From: an uncultured Verrucomicrobiae bacterium
GTDB taxonomy: Bacteria > Verrucomicrobiota > Verrucomicrobiia > Palsa-1439
Direction: 5' to 3'
Assembly: GCA_963712025.1 (NCBI GenBank)
Contig: CAVQGJ010000004.1
Span: 49,836 to 113,835, forward strand
DNA length: 64,000 nt
The notes beneath the pieces were generated by a model, which saw nothing but the letters and a program-made list of their open reading frames with translations, did not search any database and was not told the origin of the DNA. Below are positions 50,722 to 61,971 of the stretch, in pieces. Each line of letters opens with the position of its first letter. Position 1 is the stretch's first letter. Made by a program: the position numbers and the translations under genes.

Positions 50722-53700
50722 ATGACTTCGATCTACCGCAGCTACGAAGTTCTCGTTGAAGAGACCGCAGGCAACCACAAGACGCGCGGTGCCCGGTAAG
50801 ACGAGAAAAGATTTCAAAGCGCATCACGAGAATACTTCCGGGCATTGAGGGTGACGCACGAGTTGTTTCAAGATGCAGTGTGCTACTACATCCTTTGCCT
50901 TGTCGGGTTGGTTAAGAACGAACGTGACAAGGACGGTGAGCCGATCAATCGGATGTGGCAGTATTTGCAGATTGATCCCAAGACGAATGCGGTTATAGCC
51001 CGGCTCGCTTCTCGAAGTACCGGATGCTTCCTTCCACGAGGCGGGCAACATTCAGGGGCTTCTTTCACAAACCTACGGATGGCTGGCAGACAAATTGCAA
51101 GAAAAACAACTCCAGCTTCATTACTCACGACATACCGGATTCTTTTTCAGCAGGCGGCCAAAGCTGATAGCGATGAAGATGCGTCAGCAGCACTTGAAAA
51201 CCTGAAAACATTCGCTGGCAACTGGATTGCAATTCTGTGCAACGAAAACGGCGACACAACGATTCCCGGGCCAAGGAGTTTTCGACAAGTTGCACCGCGA
51301 GTTGAGCGGAGTGGCAGGTAAGGAACCGGGGCGCATGTGGAAAACAATCGAAGCTCTTGCACAGGAGTCCCTGTGCGATAAGAGCAAAGCGGATGCTGGG
51401 TGGCAGTTGCGAGAAACGGCCAAAGCAAACGCTAAGAACGCAAAGGCAAAGAAACCGAAGACCGGAGAGGAGCTTGCCAGGCTTTCCCGCGAGAATTTGG
51501 ATGAAAAGCTCCAGAGTGATCGCGCGGCATTGAAAGCCTTATTCGTGAAGGCGTTTTCTGCATCGAAGATCAAGAAATACTGCTCATTGGAACCGGAAGA
51601 AATTCAGGCAGCTATCACGGAGATAGAATCGGCAACTTTCGATGACAAGCGTTTCTTGCGCTTACGCTTTGGAGCACGCGACAACAACATGGAACAGCCT
51701 TTGTTCCGATACCTATGGCTGAGAGAAGATGCCAAATGCGGTGGAGCAGTCACCAACGACTTACTGGAATATGTGGCCAAAGAAACGCCTGAGACTGAAC
51801 TCCGAGATGATGACGGAAAAGGCATTAGTAAAATGCCGTATCAGAAAACCGGCAAAGAACCTTTGTTTCCGTATTTCACAAATTGCCTCGGTATAAAGCA
51901 CACTGACCGCGCTGCCTGGTTCGAGTTCGACAAATCCGCCTTCAAACGCGCTGCCGAGGAAGTGTTCAAGTACAAGCTCCGTACAGATGAGCGAGCAGAA
52001 TTGAATACCGAGCGAAAACATAAGCTCGACACACTCCAAGCTGAAATTAAAGACGATCCACGTGCCCCGTTGATGGAACATTTGTTAGCCGGACTTGGCG
52101 GGGCAATTGGCTACGGAATGCGCCGAGCAACCATCGGCGGCTGGGCAGACCTCCGAAAGGATTTTTTGCGAATCGCGAAGAAAGGCGAGCCGATTGATGA
52201 GGACGAATTACTGGCAGCAATTGAGAAGGCGCGAGAAGAAAGCAGTGGCGGGTTCGGCAGCGGAGCACTGTTTAAGGCTCTTTGCGATGAGAAATATCAG
52301 CCACTCTGGCTGCCAGAATGGGAGAACAAACAGCCACACCACCCAAAGAATTTCGTGCGGTGGTGGGTGCTTTATAGCGAAGCAAAGGAAGAATTGAAAA
52401 AGGTTTGGGATGAGGACACAACCCAACCCAAGCCCATTGCGTTCACATGGCCGGGTACGGAAGAACCGGCACAGCGAAACCAGCTTTCGTCCTCTGGATT
52501 TTGATATTGATATCACGCCAACGCCGCCGATCTACTTGTTTGACCAAGGGAGTGAAGGAAAACCGATAATCTGATTCAGACGAACGCGAAACCGCCAAAA
52601 AAGCGGCAATCTGCTGAAGTCCAACCCGCTGACGTGCCGGCATTCACCGATGGAGATGGGAATGCGCTCTACCCGCTCACACTTAGCTACCGCCGTTTCA
52701 AGCGAGATCGCATTGCTAATGCCGACGGCAGTTCTGTTGAAGCGGAATTTGCAACGCCATTGATTGTTGGTGAATTTCCAAAGTTCCCTCGGAAGGAAAA
52801 GGACAAAGGGAAGCCATTGGATTCATCAGCTTCTCTTTTGCCTGCCGACAAACGCGGCTGCTGGCATTTCATGTTCTCGTTCAAGCTCGAACGGGGAATG
52901 CAGAAGAACTGCTCGTGGACGAAACTGTACAAATCCCAGGCGAGAAATCTGTCCGGCAAAAACAGAAAATGGGTTGGTCTATATTTCCGCTGGCCGATAG
53001 ATGCGACCACTGAAAAGCCACCGAAGAAAAAGCACGTGCAGGCCGTGCCTGATGCCAGTGATGTAACCAAAGAGCCCGACGCCAATTTTAGCGTTAAGAA
53101 AATCTGGTGTTCCGTCGACTTTAAGCCATTCGACATTCTGTCCGTGGACTTGGGCGTTCGTTACGCGGGGGCATGGTGTCGAGGGCGCGTAAAAGTTGGA
53201 CGCGATGCTGATCGCCCAGGCCAGCGGACAATTTCACCCGCAGGCCATGCGCACGAGATCGTTTTTGACGCTTACGACTTCGGCACTTTTCGTTTGCAGG
53301 GTGAGGACGCGAAAATCTGGCGAAAGGACAAGCACAAAGGCTTCGGCAGCGAACCAGAACTAGAGAAGTGCGGCAGCCGGGGACGTATTACTTCGGAGAC
53401 TGAAAGGCAGGAGTTTGCAAAACTCGCCGGCCAGTTGTTTGCACCTACCACGCGGCTACCCATTCCTAGCGAACCTGATGAATTGAAGTTTTTTCCAGAC
53501 TTGGGTCGGCCATCTCGCCTACCGGCTGCGTCGGCGGCTCGGGCGAGTTCGGTTTCTGTTCAAACTTCACTGGCAAATCAATGGAAAGATAAAGAAGGTT
53601 GGGCACGATTACATAGCCTTGGACGGTGACGACCTAAAAACGTTCCGCTGTGAGCAACGATCCAACGTCCTCGCATCGCTCGCGTATATTCCTAAAGAGG

Positions 53701-55485
53701 ACATGCCGGAGGATAGTGATGAGGGCGAAGACGATTTCATGCGTGAATTGCGGCTGACGCTCGCTCCTGACGATGTTTGGGCAGCTCTGACCTACGAGCA
53801 TGACGGGAAAACGTACCCGCTCTTCTCAAAAATCAAGGGCGGACGCACGAAGGAAGAGAAGGAGAAGTCCAAAGGGCAAAAAGCGGTGCAGAAGGCGGCG
53901 GGGGCTGCTTTGAAGAAGGAACTGGCGTCGGACGGAGTTGGTAAATGGAATTGGCAGGCGCTCGCCAAGGCTGCGGACACCGAATTGGTCCACACCATGA
54001 GAGCTTTTGCAGGCGAGAACAGCCTGATCGCGGAAGTGTCACGCTTCGTCTGGCCTCTGCAAAATAAGAAATGGAAATGGAACAACTGCACCATCGCCAA
54101 AGACGGAAAGCTTGTGCAGTCGTTACTTGAGCGAGATGACGAAAGCAGCGAGCCGAAACGATTCATCCATGGGATGCGTGGCTTGAACATGAAGCGCATT
54201 CGCTTGATGCAGGACTTCCGGCAATGCTGCCAGAGTCTCGCCAAACTTGAGCGCCGATTCACCGAAGAAAACCACGGATTAGAGCCGTCACCCGTCCGCC
54301 CCGGCGACAGGGTTCACGAACCCGCGCCAGCGTTTCTCGACAAGATCAACGAACTGCGCGACCAGCGCGTGAATCAGACGGCGCACATGATTTTAGCCGA
54401 AGCTTTGGGCTTGGAGCTGATGAATCCCACTGAAGTGATGATTGACGGGAAATCGAAGTGGGTATTGAAGTCAGAACGCGACCTGCATGGGCGTTACAAA
54501 CAGAAGAAGGCACGTGTAGCCGCAATCGTCTTGGAAGATTTGAGCCGATACCGAACGAGCCAAGACCGGTCACGCTATGAGAACAGCCAACTGATGGAAT
54601 GGAGTCATCGCGCCATTATCGGGAAGTTGCAGGATATGGCACAGGTGTTCGGTATTCAAATCATCACCGTGGACGCCCGTTTTTCTTCGCGCTTCTGTTC
54701 GCGCACCGGTGTGCCGGGCATCCGCTGCGCACAAGTCGCGAAGGGATTTGATAACGACTATCCATGGAAGAAATGGAAAGAGGAGACGTTTGGAAAAGCA
54801 GACAAGGACGGTAAGCGGCAGCTAACAGAACGCGCCAACATGATCGTGCTGGCTGCAAAGGCATTGAATCTTTCGGATAATCTAAAAGCTACACTCATCC
54901 TGCCGATGGACGGCGGGCCAGCCTTCCTCCCGGTCATTTCCCATAGTCCAACCAAAGAAGGATTGCAGGAAAACGCGGACATTGGTGCTGCGGTGAATAT
55001 TGGGCTGCGTCCAGTCGCGCACCCTGACCGTTTGGATGTTTTCCCTGTGCTACGCACGGAAGCAAAAGCGGATGGTAAATTGGAAATCAAGAATCGGCGC
55101 GGCAGCCTGAGCGAGGCGGCAAGTAAGGCTGAAGACCGCACAGTTCAAACGATTGAACCGCCGGGCAGAAAAGAAGGCCGCAAGCGCAGAGGATGACATC
55201 GGTGGCGATGAGGAATTAGAGAGCGGAAAGTTTCCATATCTCTATGCCGCGGTGCGAGTCGGTAACAACCTGTCAGTGCCAATTGCCGACCAACACCGCT
55301 ATCAATTGCCACTTGCTGCCGATGGCCGAAAACTGGTTGCCGGTGACAAAGTCGGCGTAGGAGCAGCACAAAGCAAAGACTTCTGGCCACGGGTTAAGCG
55401 TGATTGCTGGGAACGCATCAAGCGAATCAACGCGACGCGCCTCCGCAATTTAGGCATTGAGCCACCGAAGGAGTGGAACATCTAG
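50722..55485 (+). CDS. cas12b: Type V effector, Cas12b (C2c1)-like, ~1,590 codons; one in-frame TAA (50797) and about five frameshifts
   Basis: THELFQDAVCYY, LTLSYRRFKRD, RuvC-I ILSVDLGVR, RuvC-II IVLEDLSRY...ENSQLMEWSHRAI, VDARFSSRF...TGVPGIRC, RuvC-III NADIGAAVNIGLR; followed by cas4-cas1, cas2 and array. Confidence 0.85.
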
Positions 55486-55494
55486 GGAACCGTT

Positions 55495-57296
55495 ATGAGC
55501 GACGCGCCAGTACAAACCCAAGCTGGACTTGAAGCACAACCGCCGATGCCGGTGCGGCGGTTGCACAACTTCATCTATTGCCCGCGCCTGTTTTATTTCC
55601 AGTGGGTCGAGAACATTTTTCAGGAGAACGCGGACACGGTGGCCGGCTCGCATGTGCATCGCAACGTGGATGCGCCGTCGCGGTTGGAAGACCCAAAGGA
55701 GCTTGGCTTGCCGGAAGGCGCGAAACTGCGGTCTTGCGGCTGGAAAGCGAATCGCTCGGCCTCATCGGCGTGGTGGACATCGTGGAAGGCGGGCCGGACG
55801 GCGCGGAGATCATTGACTACAAAAAAGGTTCGGCCCGGCGCGATTCCGAAGGCGAGCGCGTGGCGAAGGAGCCGGACGCCATGCAAGTCGCGGCGCACGC
55901 GCTGTTGTTGCGCGAACATGGCGTGAATGCGGTTCGCGGCGCGATTTATTACGCGGCAGACAAGCGGCGCGTGCCGGTGGAATTGACCGAGGAACTTTTT
56001 AACAAAGTCCGGCAAGCGATCACTGAAGCGCGCGCCGTTGCCGCATCGGGCAAGTGTCCGCCGCCGCTGAAGAATGATCGCGCGTTGTCTGTATTGCTCC
56101 GCCTATCCGATTTGTCTGCCGAATGAATCGCTTTGGTGGGCGAAAGCGCGCGGAAGCCAGAGCCGGACGCCGCAATTCAGTTTGGCTTTGCCGCGCCAAT
56201 CGAAGACGCGTTCGCGACCGGATTTTGGAGGCGTTGGATTTCGCCGCCGAGATCCACCGGCAAGGAACCGACGTTGCAGCCGCCGCGTCCGGGCGGCGAT
56301 GATGGCGAGGTGTTGGTGGTGCAGACGCCGGGCGCGCAAATCGGCCAGCGCGGGGATGAATTGCTCGTCAGCGTGAAGGGCGAAGATGCGCGCAAACTGC
56401 CCGGCCAGCAGGTGCGGGCGATTTATTGTTACGGCGCAGTGCAAATGACGGCGCAGGCGGTCGCGACGTGCTTGGAGCTTGGCATTGATGTCGCGTATTT
56501 TTCCCCGGCGGGACGGTTTCTCGGCATGTTGCGCGGATTGCCCGCCAGCGGCGTGGACGCGCGGCGCGGGCAATATCGGCTGTTTGAATTGCCGGGCGTG
56601 CGGTTGCAACTGGCGCGCGAAGTCATCCGCGCCAAGATTCACAACCAGCGCGTGATGCTCATGCGCAACGGCGATGTGCCGGAGCGCGTGACTGAGCTTG
56701 ATGGCGAGTTTCCGCGATGCCACGGAATCGGCGCGCGACTTGACGGCGTTGCTGGGCATTGAAGGCAGCGCGGCGGCGCTCTATTTCGAGCAGTTCGAGT
56801 CCATGCTGAAACAGCGCGAGGACTGGAAATTTGACTGGCGCGGGCGCAATCGCCGTCCGCCGCGTGATCCGGTGAACGCGCTGCTTTCGCTCGGCTATTC
56901 GATGCTGGCGAAGGAATTGACGGGCGTTTGTCATTCGGTCGGACTTGATCCGTTTCTCGGCTTCATGCACCAGCCGCGTTACGGCCGTCCGGCGCTGGCG
57001 CTGGATTTGATGGAGGAATTTCGCCCGCTCATTGCCGACAGCGTGGCCATCAGCCTCATCAATCGCGGCGAACTTGGCCCGGAGGATTTCATCGCAGCGC
57101 GAACGGGATGTTTTTAACCGACAAAGGCCGGCGACCATTTTGGGAAGGATGGTTTCGGCGGCTGGACACGGAAGTCAGCCACCCGGAATTCAGTTACAAA
57201 ATGGCGTATCGCCGGATGCTGGAAGTGCAGGCGCGGCAGTTGTGGCGATTCGTTCGCGGCGAGGCATTGACCTATCACGGATTTGTCACCCGATGA
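55495..57296 (+). CDS. cas1: Cas4-Cas1 fusion (about five frameshifts)
   Basis: Cas4: YCPRLFY, GVVDIV, IDYKKG, CPPPL..D.RCLYCS..PICLP. Cas1: [52 protein letters not shown]. Confidence 0.93.
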
Positions 57297-57585
57297 GCCG
57301 CATCCGTTATCTTGTGAGCTACGACATCAGCGACCCGAAACGGTTGCGGAAAGTGGCGCGCTCGCTGGAAGGTTTTGGCGTGCGGCTGCAATACTCGGTT
57401 TTTGAATGTCCGCTGGACGATTTGCGTCTGGCGAAACTTAAAGGCCGAGCTTCAGGATTTGCTCAATCACGACGAAGATCAGGTTTTGTTTGTATCGCTG
57501 GGCGCAGAGTTCCAAAGACGCGAGCTTGATCATTGACGCAATGGGATTGCCTTACGAAGTCCGCTCGCGCGTGACGATTATTTGA
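57293..57585 (+). CDS. cas2: Cas2 (two frameshifts)
   Basis: RYLVSYDISDPKRLRKVA..LEGFGVRLQYSVFEC, then AELQDLLNHDEDQVLFVSLG, ending ...RVTII*. Confidence 0.93.
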
Positions 57586-57604
57586 TTTTCAAGCTTGCAA
57601 GTTT

Positions 57605-57710
57605 TTCCGAAAGGCGTTGAATAAATCCCGGCTACGGCCACCGACCAGTTAGCTTCCGCCATTGGCTAACCATGATTGCTCATTGAAATCGCGACGACTG
57701 CGCCTGAATG
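57605..57710 (+). ncRNA. Candidate tracrRNA (boundaries approximate)
   Basis: Three colinear segments complementary to the repeat: CCGCC (57656, inside the loop of stem GTTAGC/GCTAAC), GATTGC (57674) and TCGCGACGACTGCGCC (57689; 14/16). Confidence 0.65.
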
Positions 57711-57897
57711 CGGCGATTGCAGTGCGAGTGCGGAAATGCTGGCGCTGGCCTGCACGGACGCTCGCACAACAGATTCGCTTGGATTGATAGGCTATTGGCA
57801 ATGATTGTTTCCCGATTCATTTATGTGTTAATGCTCCAACCTGCCTCACGCTCGCAATGCGGTCGGCTGGCGTTGATTCTCAAGGTGTTCGGGGCGA
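57711..57897 (+). promoter_or_regulatory. CRISPR leader
   Basis: Lies between tracr candidate and repeat 1; contains an AT-richer block and a GTGCGAG...CTCGCAC inverted repeat; the degenerate repeats are at the opposite end. Confidence 0.55.
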
Positions 57898-60203
57898 GCC
57901 GCAGTCGCCGCGACTGCGGCAATCTTGAGGCGGTCAGGCTGACTACGCAGCTTGCACGCGCCGCAGTCGCCGCGACTGCGGCAATCTTGAGGCGGCGTAG
58001 ATGCTCTCACAGTGCGCATCAATCTTGCTATCAGCTGCCGCAGTCGCCGCGACTGCGGCAATCTTGAGGCGGCGATGAACGAGCTCAGCGTTAGCTCGCA
58101 GCGCCGCAGTCGCCGCGACTGCGGCAATCGTGAGGCGGTTCGATGTCGATATCAGTCGTGACTGTAGCGCCGCAGTCGCCGCGACTGCGGCAATCTTGAG
58201 GCGGCAGCTGACGACCGTCTGCATGCAAGTCGACAGCGATGCCGCAGTCGCCGCGACTGCGGCAATCTTGAGGCGGATCTGACGCAGTTAGTCATGGACA
58301 TCCGACGCTCAGCCGCAGTCGCCGCGACTGCGGCAATCTTGAGGCGGTTACGTATGCGGCGAAGTAGTTCAGCTTGCCGCTGTGGCCGCAGTCGCCGCGA
58401 CTGCGGCAATCTTGAGGCGGTGCAATGCGCATGCGGACTGATCGAGTACGCTGCATGCCGCAGTCGCCGCGACTGCGGCAATCTTGAGGCGGCACAACGA
58501 TGCCGATCGCCGTGAACATATGCACGATGCCGCAGTCGCCGCGACTGCGGCAATCTTGAGGCGGTAGTCATGCCGTTGCGTCATGACGTGACGTCGCTGA
58601 GCCGCAGTCGCCGCGACTGCGGCAATCTTGAGGCGGTGCTAGCAGCGACGTGTCAGCGCGACCGTACTGATGCCGCAGTCGCCGCGACTGCGGCAATCTT
58701 GAGGCGGCCATGAGCGTCAGTGCCAGCGGCGATTCGCTGCGAGCCGCAGTCGCCGCGACTGCGGCAATCTTGAGGCGGCATTCGCCGCGTCGATCTGCGT
58801 CCGCGAGTCGCGCATGCCGCAGTCGCCGCGACTGCGGCAATCTTGAGGCGGTATTCAGCGCTCGAATGCAATCTGACGTCCATGCAGCCGCAGTCGCCGC
58901 GACTGCGGCAATCTTGAGGCGGGACGTCAGCCGGCGTTGCATCGGTTGCTAGCATCGAGGCCGCAGTCGCCGCGACTGCGGCAATCTTGAGGCGGTGCGC
59001 ATGCACGGCATTGCCAGTCGACATGTCGACGAGCCGCAGTCGCCGCGACTGCGGCAATCTTGAGGCGGCGCACTGACCGTCGACAATGACGTCGCGCATT
59101 GATGGCCGCAGTCGCCGCGACTGCGGCAATCTTGAGGCGGTCAATCGTCATTGGCGCGGCAGTGCGTCATGGCTAGCCGCAGTCGCCGCGACTGCGGCAA
59201 TCTTGAGGCGGTCGAGCGTCGAGGCCATGTGCTCATGCCGCAGTCGCCGCGACTGCGGCAATCTTGAGGCGGATCATGCGTGCGACATGAGCGCTGCGAC
59301 TGAGCCGCAGTCGCCGCGACTGCGGCAATCTTGAGGCGGGTCTCGGCTTGCACGTCGTCATCGGCATCGCGATCTGCCGCAGTCGCCGCGACTGCGGCAA
59401 TCTTGAGGCGGCTGACATGGCATCGTCGTGATGCAACGTCGTGCAGTCAGGCCGCAGTCGCCGCGACTGCGGCAATCTTGAGGCGGGCGATTGCAGCGAT
59501 TCGATCGCGTCATGCTGTGAGCAGCCGCAGTCGCCGCGACTGCGGCAATCTTGAGGCGGGCTTCGACTGCCAGTCGACGTGCATGCGACCAGCGGCCGCA
59601 GTCGCCGCGACTGCGGCAATCTTGAGGCGGAGTTCATGACGTCTGTCGGCTATCGAGCATTGCAGTGCCGCAGTCGCCGCGACTGCGGCAATCTTGAGGC
59701 GGTCATCTGCACGGTCGATAAGACTGCAGTCTTGGCTGGCCGCAGTCGCCGCGACTGCGGCAATCTTGAGGCGGGAGTTGCGCGAGCAGCAGTCCCTGGC
59801 GTACATCGCACGCCGCAGTCGCCGCGACTGCGGCAATCTTGAGGCGGCACGTGCCTATGGTGAGCCGATGATTCGCTGCGTGGCCGCAGTCGCCGCGACT
59901 CCGGCAATCTTGAGGCGGAGCTGACGTGTCACATGACGTGCGTATGAACAGGCGCCGCAGTCGCCGCGACTCCGGCAATCTTGAGGCGGGATCACTGCAA
60001 GCCAAGTCGCTGCGCATGGCAGTTGGCCGCAGTCGCCGCGACTCCGGCAAGCTTGAGGCGGCTCATTCAGAGCGATGTCATCTGCTCGTCCGCGCCGTGC
60101 CGCAGTCGCCGCGACTCCGGCGATCTTGAGGCGGATCCTCAGCTCGGCTGGTGCCATCATGCTCGACGCCGCAGTCGCCGCGACTCCAGCGAGCTTGAGG
60201 CGG
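57898..60203 (+). CRISPR. CRISPR array: 33 repeats of 36 bp (GCCGCAGTCGCCGCGACTGCGGCAATCTTGAGGCGG), 32 spacers of 25-41 nt
   Basis: Counted by hand; last five repeats progressively degenerate. Confidence 0.98.
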
Positions 60204-60352
60204 GGGAGCGCCTTAGGGTTTGACTCGAGAGAAACGGAGGTAGGGCTTTGGGTTAAGGGGCGGGGCCGTTCCGCAAAAAATTAGTAGAAGTAGCTACGCG
60301 CGCCGTCTGTTCAGACTGCCAATACTGTAACGCTCTCTCAGCTCGACTTTGA

Positions 60353-61290
60353 CTATCTGCCTAGTTTTCGTTGCCACGGACCACCTTTCAACCACGTCTT
60401 AGCGAACGCATTGAACTGAAGCGCCGCAGTCGCTGGTGGCATTACGAATACGCGCACGGCATCTACCAAACTCTCCAAGTTCGCTTCCCCAACTTTCAAT
60501 TTGTTCTTGGTGCTAAACGCACGCCATTGGGCTTGCTTGGTGACATCGGCTGCGAACTCTGTGGTTAGGCCAAACGGTGTCTCGGTCGGCAATGCGGTCT
60601 TGCGACGCTTGAAGGTCGCACGAATTGCCGCTTGTAACACCTCGCCATCGAACTCAAATTCCCGCGACATTACCCAGATGTCGTAATAGTCCCGCATTCG
60701 GCTATTGACGATCCCCAAACGCACCATTGTCTCGAACTTCTCCGCGATGGCGGTCTCGCGGGGATAGACAGCCACATGCGGTGCGGGGAAATCCAGCAAC
60801 ACAGGGAAGTCAACATTGAGCGCCTTCGGCGTCACCACGTCCCCAAACCCGATGTCCACCTGCAATGGAATGCGTGCTTTGCCCAATCGTGATTCCAGCG
60901 TGACCCGCATCCCGCCATAGGCATCTTCTTCGCGGATCGGTGTGACCCGCACACTCCGCTCAATGAACACCAAGCCGTCGTCTTCCACTGCAACCCGGCA
61001 AATGCCTTGGAAAATCTCCTTCAACTCCTGTTCGTTGCCACCCTGGGCAGCCAGCAAATCCAAATCCTTCGTCAACCGGTACAGCACGCCTCGCCAAACC
61101 AAGAACATCATTGCACCTTTTACAGTGAAGTTTTTCGCGTGTGGCGACCGGCTGAAGGCGATACAATAATCGCTCCAACCCATATCGAGTCAGAACATAC
61201 TGCGGGTCTTCACCGTTCTGCTTCGCGCGATTTAACAGCCGCTGCATGACCGACGCGCTCAGATTACGCGGCAGGCCCCTGCCGTGTCAT
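60353..61290 (-). CDS. abiEii: AbiEii nucleotidyltransferase toxin (type IV TA), frameshifted
   Basis: RNLSASVMQRLLNRAK...YGLERLLYRL, VKGAMM, TKDLDLL, QVDIGFGD, IAEKFETMV, NSRMRDYYD. Confidence 0.9.
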
Positions 61291-61891
61291 GCAAGCGACT
61301 CCATGTAGGGACGCATTACATTAGCCACACGGCATACTTTGGCATATCGCCAAAGGTCGTCCGCTGTCGCCTTCTTCTTGCGCCAGCAATCGCGGAGCGC
61401 CTCCAGCGCGACGTCCGCTCCCACCTTGTTCCGGTACTTGAAACAGTCTGCCACTGTTTTGGCCGGGGTTGTCACCCGCACCGTCACGCCCTCGATTTGA
61501 CGCTCCTCGAAACCTGTGCGAAGTGCCGCACCCGAAAACCGCACAACCCGCACCGGCAGACCGTTGACGGTCGGCTTGGCAGCCTTGCGATCAATCGCAA
61601 CCCATATCTCCGGCGGCCACTGCGTAGTCAGTTCGTGAAATTGCAGTGCGCTTAGCAGACACACTACCCCATGCGGAATCTTCGCGCAGACTTCCGCCAG
61701 CCCATGCTGTGCCGTGATCTCGTGCTCGGGCAGCCGATACAGCCCACGAGATGGGCGTTCCAGTCGTCCATTTGAACCAGACGACGCAGGTATGTCCCTG
61801 AGATACCGTGGGCTTTGAGGTCCCTAGCGCGAAGCATCCCTTTTTTCCGCGCGAGGGCCAGTATTTGCTCAGTTTTGGAGTGTTTGGACAT
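61287..61891 (-). CDS. abiEi: AbiEi antitoxin / transcriptional regulator (frameshift near 61770)
   Basis: N-terminal wHTH GMLRARDL, RGLYRL, CLLSALQFHELTT, PAKTVADCFKYRNKVG. Confidence 0.9.
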
Positions 61892-61895
61892 GTTT

Positions 61896-61933
61896 CAAAT
61901 CCTCGGCACTTATGAATAAGTGCCGAGGATTTG
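61896..61933. promoter_or_regulatory. Perfect 18-bp inverted repeat, putative AbiEi operator
   Basis: CAAATCCTCGGCACTTAT-ga-ATAAGTGCCGAGGATTTG, 4 nt upstream of the abiEi ATG. Confidence 0.75.
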
Positions 61934-61971
61934 TAACACTCTAAAAGGTGAACGTCAACGGTGGATGGCCG

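Noticed and set aside
48281-55485. CRISPR-associated transposon (integrase guided by Cas12)
   Set aside because: The RuvC triad is intact, cas1/cas2/cas4 are present, and there is no TnsB, TnsC or TniQ. The tyrosine integrase is explained by the tRNA site.
57841-57862. Alternative anti-repeat CTGCCTCACGCTCG in the leader
   Set aside because: Only 10/14 complementary and without the supporting stem-loop seen at 57647-57704; kept only as a weak alternative.
57934-60167. Self-targeting spacers
   Set aside because: None noticed by eye against this window, and the spacer sequences are suspect. A real alignment is needed to exclude it.
57708-60284. ORFs across the CRISPR array (ASRLPQSRRLR repeats)
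   Set aside because: Translations of the repeat, which lacks stops in some frames.
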